A stretch of 64,000 nt of DNA from assembly GCA_964035545.1 (NCBI GenBank), contig OZ037767.1, forward strand, positions 25,994,628 to 26,058,627. Reading direction: 5' to 3'. Shown here one piece after another: positions 1-14,900 of this stretch (the stretch's first letter is position 1; each line of letters opens with the position of its first letter). The DNA comes from Bugula neritina. Lineage: Eukaryota; Animalia; Bryozoa. Below the pieces are notes generated by a model. It worked only from the letters and a program-made list of their open reading frames with translations. It had not been told where the DNA came from and searched no databases. Position numbers and translations under genes: made by a program.

Positions 1-2152
1 TCCTGCTTTAACTAAATTGCTATGTTTCTGCTAGCTCTTTAATTTTTCATTAAGTTTTCTAGTCTTGATATTTCCTTTTATTTTTTCTCTAAAAAGCATA
101 CATATAAAAATAGCTTTCTTCGTCTTCTTCTATTTCTCAATACTTGTGCAGATTTATTTGTTTTCAATTTTGGTTTTTTATCCTTTCAAGGTGCATTTAA
201 AATATGCCTTTTTTATTTATAAAAGACTTTTCAGTCAAGATCAGTTATTCTGTTTTACTTTACTAGTCTTTGCTTTAAATATGTCATAAAAACTCTATAA
301 CTGGCATTTTCTGTTCTTAAATTAACCCAAATTTCATTACCAGGGTATTTTTTACTCTTGTCTGTTTTTTCAGCAACAACTGCGCCAATCTTAAAAGACC
401 AGAGTATTGATGACATTAAAATAATAGTAGAGCTGTTGGCATTTCTAGTTTACTTCAAATAAACACTCAGTCAGATGGGCTGCTCCCAAAACTATTCTCA
501 GGTCTTAAAGTAATTTGATGTCTAAAATATTAATCAAGTTGTTATTAATATTGCAGTTCTCAAACCTTACTAATGGCTGCTGGTAAAATGAATAGCCACA
601 CAGTTGTGGGCCCTCAGAGCGGTAATGTTCACGGAGTGATATCGCCTGGAGTATGGAGACCTTACTGAGAGTGTCAAGGACCTTTTCAGGGTTAATATTG
701 AACATATTAGCTGCGTGTTGAAGCTTGCAGATAATTTCTTCTTTCTGCTAAAACAGTTGCACATGCAGGCAGAAGAAACTACTAGTTTATTAACAGTTTT
801 GGTATTTGAGAACAAGAATAATTCCTTCCAAAAAACCTCTACTGGCTGAACAGTATATCCTGAAAACTGTTGCTTTTAGGCAAATTGGCAAATTAATAGC
901 AAATTGCATAAAAATGCATGTAGCACAAACGTATTTATGTGCAACAGTATTGCTTTCTCTATGCATTCTTTACTGTAGTTGAGATTTGTCAAACTTCCTC
1001 TGGTCTATGTTTGTAAATTGTACATTTTGTCCACCATAGATAATATTTATATACGTAAAAGATCTGCAACAGAATTGTTTATTTTCCTTAATATGTTACC
1101 TATTACCGATATATACATTGTATTCATTTCTGAAATTAAGTTATGTAGTGATGAAACATACATCTTTTAAATTTTCCTCTCCATTTCCTATGAGGGACAC
1201 ACTAGCAGTTCATAGCACACATATACAGCTTTTTTTCAAAATATATTATCAATATTATGAACATAATATTACAATAGTTAAACTACATTAATCTTTATAT
1301 TTTGATATCTTTTCATGTTAAATTTTTGTTTTATGTCTTATAAAAACTATATGTTGCAAAAATCCAAATCTCAGCTAAATATATAAATATTACGTAAACT
1401 CTGTATTTGATTAAATTATATTTCCATTAAAACCATGATTTACTCAGTCTTTGCTATTGTAGTATTATGTTTATTTGGCAACATGATGATTATTCAGAGT
1501 TTAGCAGTTCAAGAAATGTTTATAAATAATTGTTAACATAGCACTCTATTCCACAACGACATGCTGTGTAGTTACGGCTATTGATAGTTTGCAACTGCTA
1601 TGAACAGACCTGCATAATAAATGCTGGATAAACTGGGGAAATGTTTTTGGATAAAATTGGTATTTATTTATTAATTTTAAAAAAACACTTTAGTTTGGAC
1701 TAAATATATTCACATACACAATACATGCACAAAGGTAGTCTTACAGGTCAATCTGTGTTAAGTTATTTGCCCTTGTGCAAGAGAAGGCAATTTCTTTTTA
1801 GACAGCATATTATGATTAACCATAGTAGGATAGCCAAGCATAAGGAATGAGTGAACCATAAATATCACCAAGCAGTATTACAACAAAACAATTTAACAAA
1901 GAAAATGGAGTAGCGCAGAGCAGTAATAAAGGTGATAACTCCCAAACCTACACTATATTTTAGATAATTTATATAATCTAATCTAAACAAGTAAAAATGA
2001 AACTTTGGGACAACATATTGGAGATAAATTAAATACATGTGAGATATACATAAACAATTTATATCCAGTCATTGTTTATTGAAGTATCAAGTGTAGAAGC
2101 TGTGATGCAGTGATGATATATCCACTAGCTTGTGAGTAATGGGTGAATCCAT

Positions 2153-5100
2153 TTATATCTGCAATAGAAAGAATTAGTGACACAATGTGCATGTGCTATA
2201 CTATACTTGACTACATTATCTACTGCTTACAGTGGTTAGATTGAACAAATTATCTAATCCGATTTACACAGCAAAGTTTTGGTAAAAATATTAGAACTTT
2301 TAAAAAATGCTCCCAATACAATAAGAATATTATAATCAATTGGTTCGACCTAAGATTACAACACGCCCACCCACTCACAAATTATACATAGAAATGAAAT
2401 AAATTACTGGAACCAACAATTAGTAAAAATGTGAATAATAAACCCGTGAAGTAATTCAACTCACATCATCAATGTCATCAATATCAAACTCATCTTTCTT
2501 GTCATCGGCTTCATCTTCTGAGCTGCTGTACTCGGCGTTGTGGTCAAAGGTGATCATGTCTTCGCCGTCTCCATCTCCGAAATCTTCATTAATCTTAGCT
2601 GTTGAAAAACCAGCAAGTCATTTTAGACAGGTGACCCCGATTAGAGAAATAATACAATATCTTTTTTAGTAATGCTCACCTATATTATGAATAATATTAC
2701 ATCTATTAAATGAAGGTTATTAGTGTGATTTGTTGGTGAAAATGAAAATATTAGCAGTGCTGTCACTTGTGTCACCAGCTGCTGTTATCTAGAGACTGAA
2801 ATATATATCCAGTTTAGGGTTGTTGCAAGAAATTGAACAACTGAGACAATCTAAATAACCCAATGAGCTGTACTGCAAGTATCATATTCAATACTTGGAT
2901 TTTCGCAAAGTATTATTCCTTCAGAGTAAACACTTCTAGAAAACTCCCAACACTACTAACCAAGTTTTAATTAGAGCAAGTGACTTTCACCAAGAGATAA
3001 GCGAATTACTATAAAAATAGTTACATATTCATTCAGTTTAGTTAGCTACTTGATGCTCTTCAGAAGTGAAAATCCGATTTTATGACTTACGAAATTTTCA
3101 ACCAAATTATTAAAAACCAAAACAAAGAAGTGCCGACTAGATTTATCTGCAAAGCAGTACCTGTCTCTGGAAGTTCACCGTATGCTTTTAGATTCCTGGC
3201 CTCATCTGATGAGTATTTCATGATGACATCAGCACGGGAATCTTGATAGTCTCTCAGACCTATTAAAATGATGTCCGATTGGTTGATCCACACCTGCAAA
3301 TTAACACAGCAAAAGACACATGTACAGAGAAGAGAGTAGCACGGGAAAACAGCACAACAAATATTATAGAAATATAATGAGATAAACATAAATAAAATAA
3401 ATATAAGTGAGATAAATAAACAAAATGTAAATGATATAAAAATTAGTTTTTTTCTCTTACAACTATTGGTTATGCCCAATGACTTATCATCGTCTTATGT
3501 AATGCCTAGCTTAGTTCTGTCACCTAAACTTGTGGCCATACCCTATGGCTGTCATTGTAACAGCCACTACAGGTTTACATGTGTTCAGCCAACTAACACC
3601 TTCATGTATTATCAGAAAGCTGATAGTTGCTGATTCTCATCAACACAGTGTTATGTCTACTGCAATAAAGCACTGAGCATAAAAAGATTCAAAAATATGG
3701 TTATGAGATTATTGCGGTGTCCTTGCATAATTAGAGAAGTAGTATTTCTGGTGGACATCTCTTTTTGCAAGACAAGTTTAGTAAATGAGAAGCTTTCTCA
3801 TGATGGAAAAAAATGTGAGGTGGTCGAAGATTTTGAAGTGGTTATTTCAGATGATTTGAGATGAGCAACAAAAAACTTTTTCATGTTTTTTTTCTAAATC
3901 TCTTCCCCTATGATAACCCCTGATGGTAAGGGGTTTCTTAAAGGAGCCAAGAGCTATGTATTTGGGGCACATTTTCATTTAAAAACAATGACGGAATGGT
4001 GCAACAACTCCTGACCCAAACAGAAGCCAATTTATTTACATGGTTAACAGCCACAACATAGAACAAAGGACATTAAAACTGTTGTGACCAAACAAAGAGT
4101 ATACTAGCTGTTTAACCTTGCAATATTTAGTGTAACAATTTAGGGAGTCTAATTAGATGATTACTCAGTTACTTTAGGTAAAAGATGCTAATTGCCAGTT
4201 CTTATTTTCATAAGCATAGATTTGACTGCGTTTTTTACCTAAACACTCCCTGCAAGGCAATAATTACACTTGAGTAAAGCTAACATACCTTTTTCCTTAA
4301 CTTTCCTCGAATGTGACATAACCTTTTAACACCATCAAAACACATAGCTTCTAAATGGCCATTTCCCAACATCTTTGTGACTTGTGCATACTCTACAAAC
4401 AACACTCATATACAGGCAAAATTTAAATTATTACCTGCCTTTAATGGTGGCAGTAAACAAGAAAACAAAATGCTTAGATAAAAGTCTGTGAAATTTTAAA
4501 ACCATAGTGATTTATTTTACCTTGACCGTCTTCTTTGAAGATCAACTCTCTTTTCATATTTTCATTTTCATTCTTTCCCCTTCTTCTGTTTTTACCTCCC
4601 TTTCCTAAAATAATATAACATTAACTATACGATTACAATATTAAAATCTACAATCTGTACTTAAAATAATCATGCAACAAGTTTAACAGAAACTATCATA
4701 CTCATAGCTATATGTTTTTCAGCAAATGAATATGGAAAAGAATCAATCTGGTAATATCAACAAAGCCTATTAAAAGTAACATAACTTCAAGAAAAGTCAA
4801 TACAATCAGGATATCATCTTAATAATTCAAAAAGTATATATATATATATTACACATCACTGCTAATTAGTAATTATCATTAGTTTCGGAGTAATTCCCGC
4901 TACCCGAATAGGACAAAGCTGAGATAGGTGAGAATAGAATTAGTTTCGGAGTAATTGGTTATGACTTTCAGTCTTACTCTTTTAGTTAGCGTCACTCTTA
5001 CTCTTAGCTTTATCAGTTATTACTTAGTCTTATGACTATCACTGTGACTATCACTATGAGTTACAACTAGTACTACAACTGTACAGACTCAGTGTACAAG

Positions 5101-5589
5101 TTAAACTTAAAGTTAAACTAAAACTGAAAGTGTCAGAGGACATGTACTTTCACTTTGAGTCTCAAATTGAGTTTGAGACCGAGTCTCAATTTTAAAGTGA
5201 GACTCAGACTGAGATTTACTTTAGTGAGTAGACTTCAGCCTTAGAGTAAGAAAATCTGTATGATAATCATTAGGGTGGTGATTTTCATCAGGATTGTGAT
5301 GGTCGATGCTATTCACTTTTAACTGAAAGTGAATAGCATCGACCATCACAATCCTGATGAAAATCACCACCCTAATGATTATCATACAGATTTTTTTACT
5401 CTAAGGCTGAAGTCTACTCACTAAAGTAAATCTCAGTCTGAGTCTCACTTTAAAATTGAGACTCGGTCTCAAACTCAATTTGAGACTCAAACTCAATTTG
5501 AGACTCAAACTCAAACTCAAAGTGAAAGTACATGTCCTCTGACAGTGACTAACCAAATGGCCTTTAAACTTACCTTTATTTTTAGGCAT
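2153..5589 (-). CDS. EIF1A: Eukaryotic translation initiation factor 1A (6 coding exons)
   Basis: Exons 5574-5589, 4521-4604, 4289-4392, 3161-3293, 2465-2598, 2153-2158, all GT-AG and phase-consistent. Translation: [112 protein letters not shown], then an acidic tail ending DIDDIDDI*. Unmistakable eIF1A. Confidence 0.98.
5131..5544. repeat. Long near-perfect inverted repeat (foldback) in eIF1A intron 1
   Basis: 5131-5319 (tgtcagaggacatgtactttcact...gatgctattcacttt) is the reverse complement of 5326-5544 (aaagtgaatagcatc...agtgaaagtacatgtcctctgaca). The loop is 6 nt; the right arm has extra ctcaaa-type units. Confidence 0.95.
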
Positions 5590-5988
5590 AGTGTAGTTAG
5601 AATTTTAAAACAACTTGCTCAAAAGAGAAAACTTAGTTTTAAAAAATGATGAGTCACTCGTCGTTCCCTGTTGGCAGTTTTACGTTTACGTTAATAAACT
5701 GGAAATTCAAGTAACCACGAGCTAGTTTCCTACGAGAATGAAGCCTCTCTTTCAATCACTCAGCGAGCCCAGCTACATCACTGATTAACTTTGGGCGGAG
5801 ACTTTCTACATACACATTTTGCGCTAAAATATTCACGTGTATTTAGCCAATTGTCGTTCTCCTTTGTTATAAACTACCTTACGTTAGCTAGGTAGTTTAT
5901 TATTACATTACTATAGCACAAAATATAGCAGCAAGAGCATGTGCGTTAACAATACATTTGGAAAAGAGTTAAAGTTTATACACTTAAA
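5590..5988. promoter_or_regulatory. Compact bidirectional promoter and 5' UTR region between eIF1A and the VWA7-like gene
   Basis: Divergent start codons 400 bp apart (5589 on -, 5989 on +). Contains GGGCGG (~5793), a CACGTG E-box (5834-5839) and an 11-bp inverted repeat ATAAACTACCT/AGGTAGTTTAT (5869-5900). Confidence 0.65.
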
Positions 5989-8900
5989 ATGAATGGTGGT
6001 TTGATAATCAATCTAATAGTCTTCTTTACATGTTTTAAAGAGCTAAATGCATTTTACCCTAACTTTTTATATAGATGTGGTAAAAATTTTCCTGAAAATT
6101 TGACTGTAGCTGGTTCAAAAGACATTGACTTTACACACGAGTCTATCACAAAACTGGCAATTCAAAGAGTCCTAGAAGATACAGGATCAGGTGAGTCAAG
6201 TCTATTAAAACATAGTAGTATTTGAAGAACTTACACATAGCTACTTAGAAGAATGATATGTTAATTAAAATTATTTGAGGTTATTATTGCCTATTGTTAT
6301 AAGTAAAAAGTTACGTAATAACAAACATGTCAAACTAAGTCATGCTTCATGAAGTAGTAAATTTAAAGATGATTGCTAAAAATACCCTTAGTTAATAACT
6401 AACATTTCTTCAGCTAGTACATAGACTGTGACAAATTTCACTTGACAAAACTATGACACTGTTCTGATAAACTATAATTTGAAAGTGTAGGTACTAATCT
6501 TGTTATTTTGTCAATAAATATAACATTAAGTTAAATAAAACAGTCTAAATTAATTATAATTCAAATACATTTCATTTAATTACAATAGAAGACATACCAA
6601 TGGTAATACTAACAATGGCAATGAGTCACCACCATGTAGGCAGAGTTAAATCAGTAACATGCTAAGATGTAAATATCTATTGTTTGTAAGGCAACGAACC
6701 ATAGGAAATTAATAGATTGGGCCAGGTTTTAACCTGCTCCCTGCATGTGCACTCTGAATCACTAATCATCATTGATTTCCTATCTTCTTGGGCTGAAATG
6801 ATTTTCGGGCAGCATATGCTATTAGGTAATTATCTTAATGAGCAAATCTTTAGGATAACATGCAACAAGATGGAAATGCTACCAGAAAACGTTCAGACAA
6901 GTCTTTTGAAAATAGAGTCAGAGATATTTTGCCTGTAGCTTTCAAGGTCCACACCGGAACAGAATAAACCATTAGCTAGATCTTTATTTAAGATGTTTGC
7001 TACTGTTTTACCACACTGCTGCCGAGCTGCTCTGTATTGTCAGCAGCCCAGCTGCCTTATATCAGTCTCAAAGTTTAAATAATTATCTCTGTTACTAAAA
7101 ACAATGAGCTTAAACGCAGGCCTAGCTGCATCTTGTCAATTTCACTCACTAGACGATCTGATGTAGCGATATCATTCACTCTGGTCACATCACAGGATGT
7201 TCAAACAGGACCAAAATCTTATATCATATTCTGATACTATCAGACAAGGAATCTCAACAACACCTATAGAACAGTTTATCTATGTAATACATCTTTCAGT
7301 TGTAGTCCAAATTCTTTTGGCTTCAGTAGCAATGTGAGTCAAAAAGGCATTGCTGAGGCCATATTAATAGCTATATGTTAGCAAAGAAATGTATTTCCTG
7401 CCATACTAAGATTTTTGTCTTATAGACATGCATAACTCCGTTCCAAAGAATTTTCAGACGAGTAATTTGCCTGGTGGAATAGTTGATTTGATCTTTTCCC
7501 CCAAATTTCTTAGCTTTATAAAGCATTAATAGGTTTTGTATACTATACATGCCCTATGCAAGACATTTATTCTAAAAGAAGTTTACAGTTGATCAAAAAT
7601 TTATTGTAAGGACCAGTTTTAATTTTGACATTTTGACTCAGTATTTACCAATTAACTGTAAGAGATGGTAAACATAATTGTCATGCATACAGATGCACCA
7701 TTAATTACTGCTTAATATTCCTGGTAAAAGTCTTCAGCCATGCATTGCACTTTACGTCAACCACCATAGCTATTAGAGATTGTGAATAATTACACATTTA
7801 TTACACATCAGACTTTACTGACATTGTATACTTTGCAACTATTATATCTTACAAATAAACTTATCAAGGTGTGAGGTAACAGCTAGTCGTAAGATAGTTT
7901 CTTGGGTGTTGGAGTTAATAATTTTCATTGGTTATGAAAGCAACTCTCCTTATATATTATGTTTTAGGAGCTGGTAATGTAACCAATTCTGCTGTAAAAT
8001 ATTATAAAGTTTTGCTTTAGCTTTGTAGAACTTTTTAGACTTATAGCTCAAAACTGCTCCGGTTACTATAAGTGCATGGTTTGTCTAATAAACCTCTCCA
8101 CACTATCATATAATAACATAATAACCCAATAAGTTCCTTTTAGTTAAAAACATTTGCAATGGTATAACTGCTTACAATAATCCTCCAGTTCCAATGATTA
8201 TGCGATGATTAGCTAACGTAGGAAATTCACCTGCATATTTTACAACGTACAGATTTCCTTTCAGTCTGAAATATTTTACTCATTTAGTGGGAACCCTTGA
8301 CTCATAAATATTTAATTGTTCATTATTATTGTAATTAATTGGTAGGTGACTAGTCCACAAGTCTGTATTATTCATGGATGTTCTTATAATTGCTTTGGTT
8401 TGTTATGACACACGAATGTCCTAGAGCCCTTCTTTCAACAACATTGTCTGGAAAACTTTTGTCGTAGCAAAAAATTACTAGAAGTTCAAATTAAAACATT
8501 AAGATAGTAAAACTAATATAAGTATAAATGAAAATAATGGATAAGCTGAATGTCACTATTATAGGATAACATCTAATATAAACATAGCAATGAACTGTAC
8601 AAACATGCCACATGGGTTTCAACAGGCCGTGTTATACTCAAAACCATCTACTTTATAAACCTGGTGCAACTATTCAACACGTTTGACCATTGTTTCTGTT
8701 AACTGGAACAATTAGCTTAGCAGTTTTATTGTGAGTTGGTGGGATTGGCATATCTTTTATGATGCCCAAAGAACAACACTGGACCTCCTTAAAACATTGT
8801 TTTATTGCATTGTTTGAGAGCTTAATAAGCTACTAGCTTATCTACAGTCACCCATTGTTCACCTCAGGTTCAGCCAAAAAGCTAAAACAAAATAAGCTCA

Positions 8901-11900
8901 TGTTGATATCATATATGATTTCATGTTTAGAAAACATTAGTTGAGTTTACTATTTATATGTATAGTAAAACCGAAGTTGTACCTAGAAAATGTATTGTTA
9001 AAAGCTAAAAAACTTGTAATGCTCTTTTCAAAGTGAGCTTTTGGGTTCAGATAATGGGGTTTGTTTTGTGCATTCGCAATGCTCTCTAGTGCAATCATAA
9101 TATTCTCTAGTTTAAGTGGTTCTAGAGAAAGTAATCTCCAACTAGAGATCAATGAATGCATGAGTAAAGATGTTTAACTAACTTCTTAGCTAGCACCTAG
9201 TGGTGAGTGTGTGTGCTTACACGGTGTCAAGTTTACTTCTGCATGACTCAATGCAAATATTTTATTATCATTGATCTGAGATAAAGATATACAATCATAT
9301 TAGGTGAATATAACACAGCTGTATAACTTTGAATACATTTATTGTGTCCCTCTATTGTATTGCTGCTTAAATACCTTTGCAATCATTGTACGAGTGTTTT
9401 TTTATCAGAAAGCAGTCTTTGAAGATTCTATAATTGAGATTAAGTGTCAATTTACTTGTTATTTGGATAGATGACGAACACCTGAAAATATGCTATGATT
9501 CCGACCAAAAGTGTTTTTCCGTCTCAAAATGTGATTGGATTTGTCGGAGGTGCTTCAGTAAAGCTATATAATGATTTGCCATATTTGTCCAATTTCCAAG
9601 TACGGAAATTATACTCCATAATTGCATATACATTAGTCTTAGGCCCAACATTGCACCACCCCAAGAAACACCGCTAACATTCTAACATTTTGTAATCTGA
9701 GTTGCTATTATTGTTTATCACCTCGTGACGGTATGTAGTAAATATTGACCAATTGTGCGTCATTCGATAGTAGATAAATTCCCAGCTGGTGGGTAACTTT
9801 CGTCAGCACTAAAACTGGGAAGTGGAGCTATCCATACATTTTTGGGAAACCTCTTGGCATTAAAAATTAACTCTGAAAAACAACTTACTATAATTTACTC
9901 ACTCAGACTACGGATTTCTTCTGTCTTGGGCTGTTTTTGGAAGAAATTTTGGCTGAGTGTTTTTCTTAAATCCCCCCCTGATTGTTGTAAGACTCGAGCC
10001 TCCAGCCATGTTAGACCAGTCCTTCAGATGCAACTAGAAATACCAGCACTTTTATTCAACAATTGCATTATTTTTTCTATGTTTTTCAATCAGCTTCATT
10101 TAATAGATTTAATGGTGTTAAATTTAGCTAGATTGGTGACGGATATTTTACTGAGCCAAGGCTAGCTTTACCAGTACCATACACTTAAAACTAGAGATAT
10201 CTTGAAATTACTCAAGCTGCCTTTTAAACTTCTTAATGCATTTTAGGATCTAGTGTGCTAAAAAATTTCTGAATTTAAAAAAAGTTGTTAGAAAATTCAA
10301 CTAATATATTATATAACATGCAGCTTTATATGTAAGCTTAATCTATCTGTTACTTCTACCTCTCAGCCTAAATCAAAGCATCACTTAGTTAATAAATTGT
10401 TAGGCTGATATATATATATAGAAATAATTTCCAAGAAATAAACCACAGTGGTAGAATACCTAGGATGGCAATTTCTGGAAGTTTTTGAAGTTTCTGTAGA
10501 CAGGTTTAGAAAATTTGGGCTGATGATCATTTTTTCAACTTCAGAACTACTGAAAGGGGCTTCAATTTTCTCTACCATCTAATCACCAAAAACATTTCTA
10601 AGATAGTTAGAGGTTATTCAACAGTCATGGTGAAACAGTTTGAATAACAGTTTCACTTTTTTATCTCTTACTTACTAAGTAACACGAGACTTATCTTAGC
10701 TAGTAATATTAGCCATTGTTTTCACCATGCTGAGTAAGCAAGTTTATTGCATTAAGTGTGGGGCCACACCACTCATTTTACGCTAGCTCGACGTGCGAGA
10801 AATCTCATTAGAATACACACTAGTGACCTGCCACATACAGTGCGTTTGTTGCGAGCGCAAAAAATTATTCGCTAATGATGTTAGCGTTAAACTTTACTGC
10901 CCGCCTACAAACTTTTGTTTTTAAAGTGATTCGGATATTAGAAATTTAGCAGAAATGCAAACCATATAAAACCGTTTTAATTCAGCTTGCTAGAAGTTAA
11001 ATCGTAAATTAAAATTAAATATTACATGGTAATAAGCCAATTAGATCAAACACGCACGAGGGTGTCGCACTTCTCGCTCAGCATGTTAGACGCTTAAAAA
11101 TCCACACGCAACGTTCAATTTTTGAGCTAAATGAGGTTTCTCGAACGTCAAGCTCTTGTAAAACTCGTGGTGTGGCCGCAAACTAACTGGTTCTAACTCT
11201 TTGCCAGTTGGACTCTAAAAATAGCTCTTATAGCCATTGAAATTCTAAAAAAAAAACAATTTGAATGATGACTGTTAACATTAAAGTGTGAGTCTTTTAA
11301 CGAATAGCTTTACTGCATGTATATGTTGAAGTTCTTACAAAAAGTTACATTCAACTAATATATACCACACAGTCTGAACAGTGTAACTTAAGATAATAAA
11401 TACTATGGTGATTAAACTTGTTTATTTTACAGGTGAAAAACAAAATTATTGCTTTACTACAGTTTTCACCCTGCAGTCTATATATTATGTACTGTAATCA
11501 GTATTGTTTTTCTTGTAGGTGACAAAAACAAAGATCTGTCTGTAACCAAAGCTATCCAGGCCATTATAGAAAGCTCTAATGAGTTAGACAGAATAGGTCA
11601 CGACAAGGCAGCTAACCACTTCAACGCTGAGCAGCTTGCTGAAGGTATTGTGTTTTACTATTCCTGACTAGTAACAGCTAATCCATTTTACCTAGCAACA
11701 ACACTTTCAGAAAACACATGAAACTATAACCTTTATTTAAAAATCGTGCTAAAAATTTTTGATGGAAAATAAAAATATGATTATTTAGTAACTTGGTACC
11801 AGATATGCTGGGTATGGTGTAGCTCAAAAATTTTACTAGCCATATAAATGACCTATTTTAGATTAGATTATTTCTGTTATCAGGTAATGCTAAGCTGATT

Positions 11901-14900
11901 GCATGGCGGAGGCAGATAGTGGAATTAAGCAAGCTACCAGAATCGTCTGCACATAAACATTATCTAATACGCCATCTGATTGGTCAATGCTTGCATCTAA
12001 TACAAGACTTTTACAGCAATACTGACTGGATTCTAGAGGTTACGGATAAAGAGTACTATGAAGATTTAGGTAGTTAAAGACTATAATAATCTTACTAGTC
12101 TATTTACAGCATCAGTATTGTAATATTATTAAGTTCTGAGCAAATTTCTTTTCTTTCTGCTTTATGTTAACTATACTTGTTTTGAATTTAAATTAATGAC
12201 AATTTTTTTTTTTTTGTATCAGAAACAATTTACCATTTAATTCATACAGGTTGTTTTGCTTTTGTCAAATTGTTGTGAATAAACAACGTTGGTAAATTTT
12301 CTTCCGAAGTTAGAAAATGCACAAACTTACAGAGCTATTAGTTACCTACGATATGCAACTTTTACACTCTATTTTTCTATACAGAACACATGGGTCTACT
12401 ATTTAAAAAATCACTATGGAATTTTTAATATTGGAGACATTTCCTGTACATAACTGAAACTACCAGTTTTCGAGCTAAAACTTTGTATGACATTACATCA
12501 CAACGTAATGTTATCAATATAGGAAAATTCTACCCCTTTATGTTACTTTCAGGTATTGAGAATAGAACTATTACATCTGTGCCATCCCTTAACAGACCAA
12601 CATGTTTTAATGTGACTTGCACCATTCCAGGGTATGTTAACAATCTTGAACTACTGCCTTTGCAATTGCATTTAACAATTATGTATAGTTAAAAAAGCTC
12701 ATTTGGTAAACTGAAATATAGGTGAAACACAAGTATACAAGTTACTGTTGTTATTAAGTTCAACTTACTACCTGATAGAACCTATAATAACAACTTTGCT
12801 ACTGGCAGACGAAAAATGAAAATATAATATGCCAAGTTTAAAAGTTTATAAACATTATCATTTATGTTATAAAAATCATAGCTGTTTCACTAATACTTTT
12901 AGCAATAATTTGAGATATTAACTACATTTAACAAATTGCTAAAGTGATAACCACAAAGACATATAAATTTATATTTGCAGAGGTTGTGATGGCAACATTG
13001 TACATCCCCCTACTAAGCTAACGAGTGGATACAGACCTGGTCAAGATATACAACCCCCTGGTAAGTAATGTTACTCCACCACTGCCCACTAGCTTATTAT
13101 CATATCTTTCAAATTGAATTCTATTAATACTCAACATTGTAAGTCACATTTTTAAATTTTAAACTATAGTAAGAAGAATCTTTTAAAAACTTTGTTCAAA
13201 TACATAACAGAGCTACTCTGCTGCTCAGGTTTTTGTATCCCAATTGTACATATTCGACTTTAGCCGTCGACACAAACGCTAGGATTGTGAAAGGGAAGTG
13301 TAATCACGGAGGAATACTAGATGAATCTCAGCAGGAGTTAATGGGCGGAGTCAACAGCGAGTCATACAACTACTTCCTGTCACCTAAGCCTAAGTTCCAC
13401 AACAGATCATCACAGGCGGCTATTAAAGCCTCTCAACAGTTTCTCTTTTCTGGTAAGCAGTCTGTACTTGGTGGACCTAATACTAATACTTAGCATTAGC
13501 TCAATTACATTGTAGCTGTCTAAAGCATTTGAAAGTTTGGTTAATTAGTTCAAATTTTTATCCTTGCCGTTTACTTTCTCAATGATTTTTTCTACTGCTT
13601 TAGACCTGGGTTTAGCTCCAAATCACCTATCCAGTGTAGATCTTTCTGCTATCCTTGGAGTCAGGGCACCTAGCCATGTGTCCTTTATCCAAACAGATAC
13701 ATTACAGGAGGCTATTAGCAGCTCTACTGACTCTCATCTTAGACTTGGTTCCTGGGATGTTTACCATTTACACAGCAATATGGGTGACAATGGTGAGTCA
13801 TGCACAATATAAAGTTATAAGTTTTCTACCTTCAAAAGCAATTCACATTCAAAAAACAATATGAAGCTTTTACAGTCTTCAACTTGGGAGGCTTAATTAT
13901 TTTTTTCTCAGCACTAAAAAAATAACATACATGCATATTATAAGTAGGTTAATACTTCTGTAGAAAGAATGACTATGTATGATAGTTATTTTATTTGACG
14001 TAAGTGAGAGTAGAGCTATTGTATATAATAGTATTTCAATATATTATAGTATTGTTATTCTTCAGCTCTGGTAGAGTAACACGGCAGTACCATTTAATAC
14101 TGAAGCGCAGTTTGTAATCTAAACATTGTGTTGTAGTTGGTAGTTATGAGGAAGTTTCCAGGAGTATGAAAAAGGAAGAAGACATGGCTTTGTCATTAGA
14201 TACTCTTCTCAAAGCTGCCAGCAAGATTCCGGATGGTTCCCACCTGGTAATAGTCACCAGTAAGTTTTAACAAAGCAATTTACATTGCAAGATACTTCAG
14301 CAGAACATGTTACAAGCATCTTACATTCTATGCATGCTGTGATATACATCCAGTCAGCTTTAAAATAACAGAAAAGTCTACATAAATTTTTTAATGTTAT
14401 TTGAATTTACTTATTAGTCTCAGCACTAACTATTTTAGTAGACAACAATAAAATAATGTTGTTCTAGCATTTTATTTCAGCAAATTATCTTCAGTTGAAG
14501 CTCCAAACATTCAACATGGTAGTTTTGATCACTGTTTGTAGCTCTGATACTTTCTCAATTGTCTTGTCTGACCCTGCAGTCCTATTTATTTGTTTGACAT
14601 GTTTTTAGAGTCAGAAGGCAGCGCCTTCATGTCTGCTGACGAAGAGTATATTTTGGGTCAAGTGCTGGTGGAACGAGATATCAAGGTGTTGGGAATTCTT
14701 TGGCAGACCGAGGGAGCAGGTTTGTGTGGCTTTACATGCACATATTCTACACGCACACACACACATACACGCACGCACATACACACACTCGTGTGTGCAA
14801 AAGTACACACACATACAGTAGTTGGCAAAGTCTTGTATCAAATTTATCATGCAATTTAAAAAAGCCATCCATTCTCAAATACTATAGCAATGCAAATATT

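Noticed and set aside
65-1170. Short ORFs at the window start
   Set aside because: Low-complexity AT-rich translations with no recognisable motif or consistent exon chain.
4878-4956. 18-bp direct repeat attagtttcggagtaatt in eIF1A intron 1
   Set aside because: Only two copies 60 bp apart, and no element structure could be supported.
6717-7500. Possible decayed transposase in VWA7-like intron 1 (EMIFGQ resembles a P-element-type motif)
   Set aside because: Only one weak motif; no TIRs or extended ORF were found.
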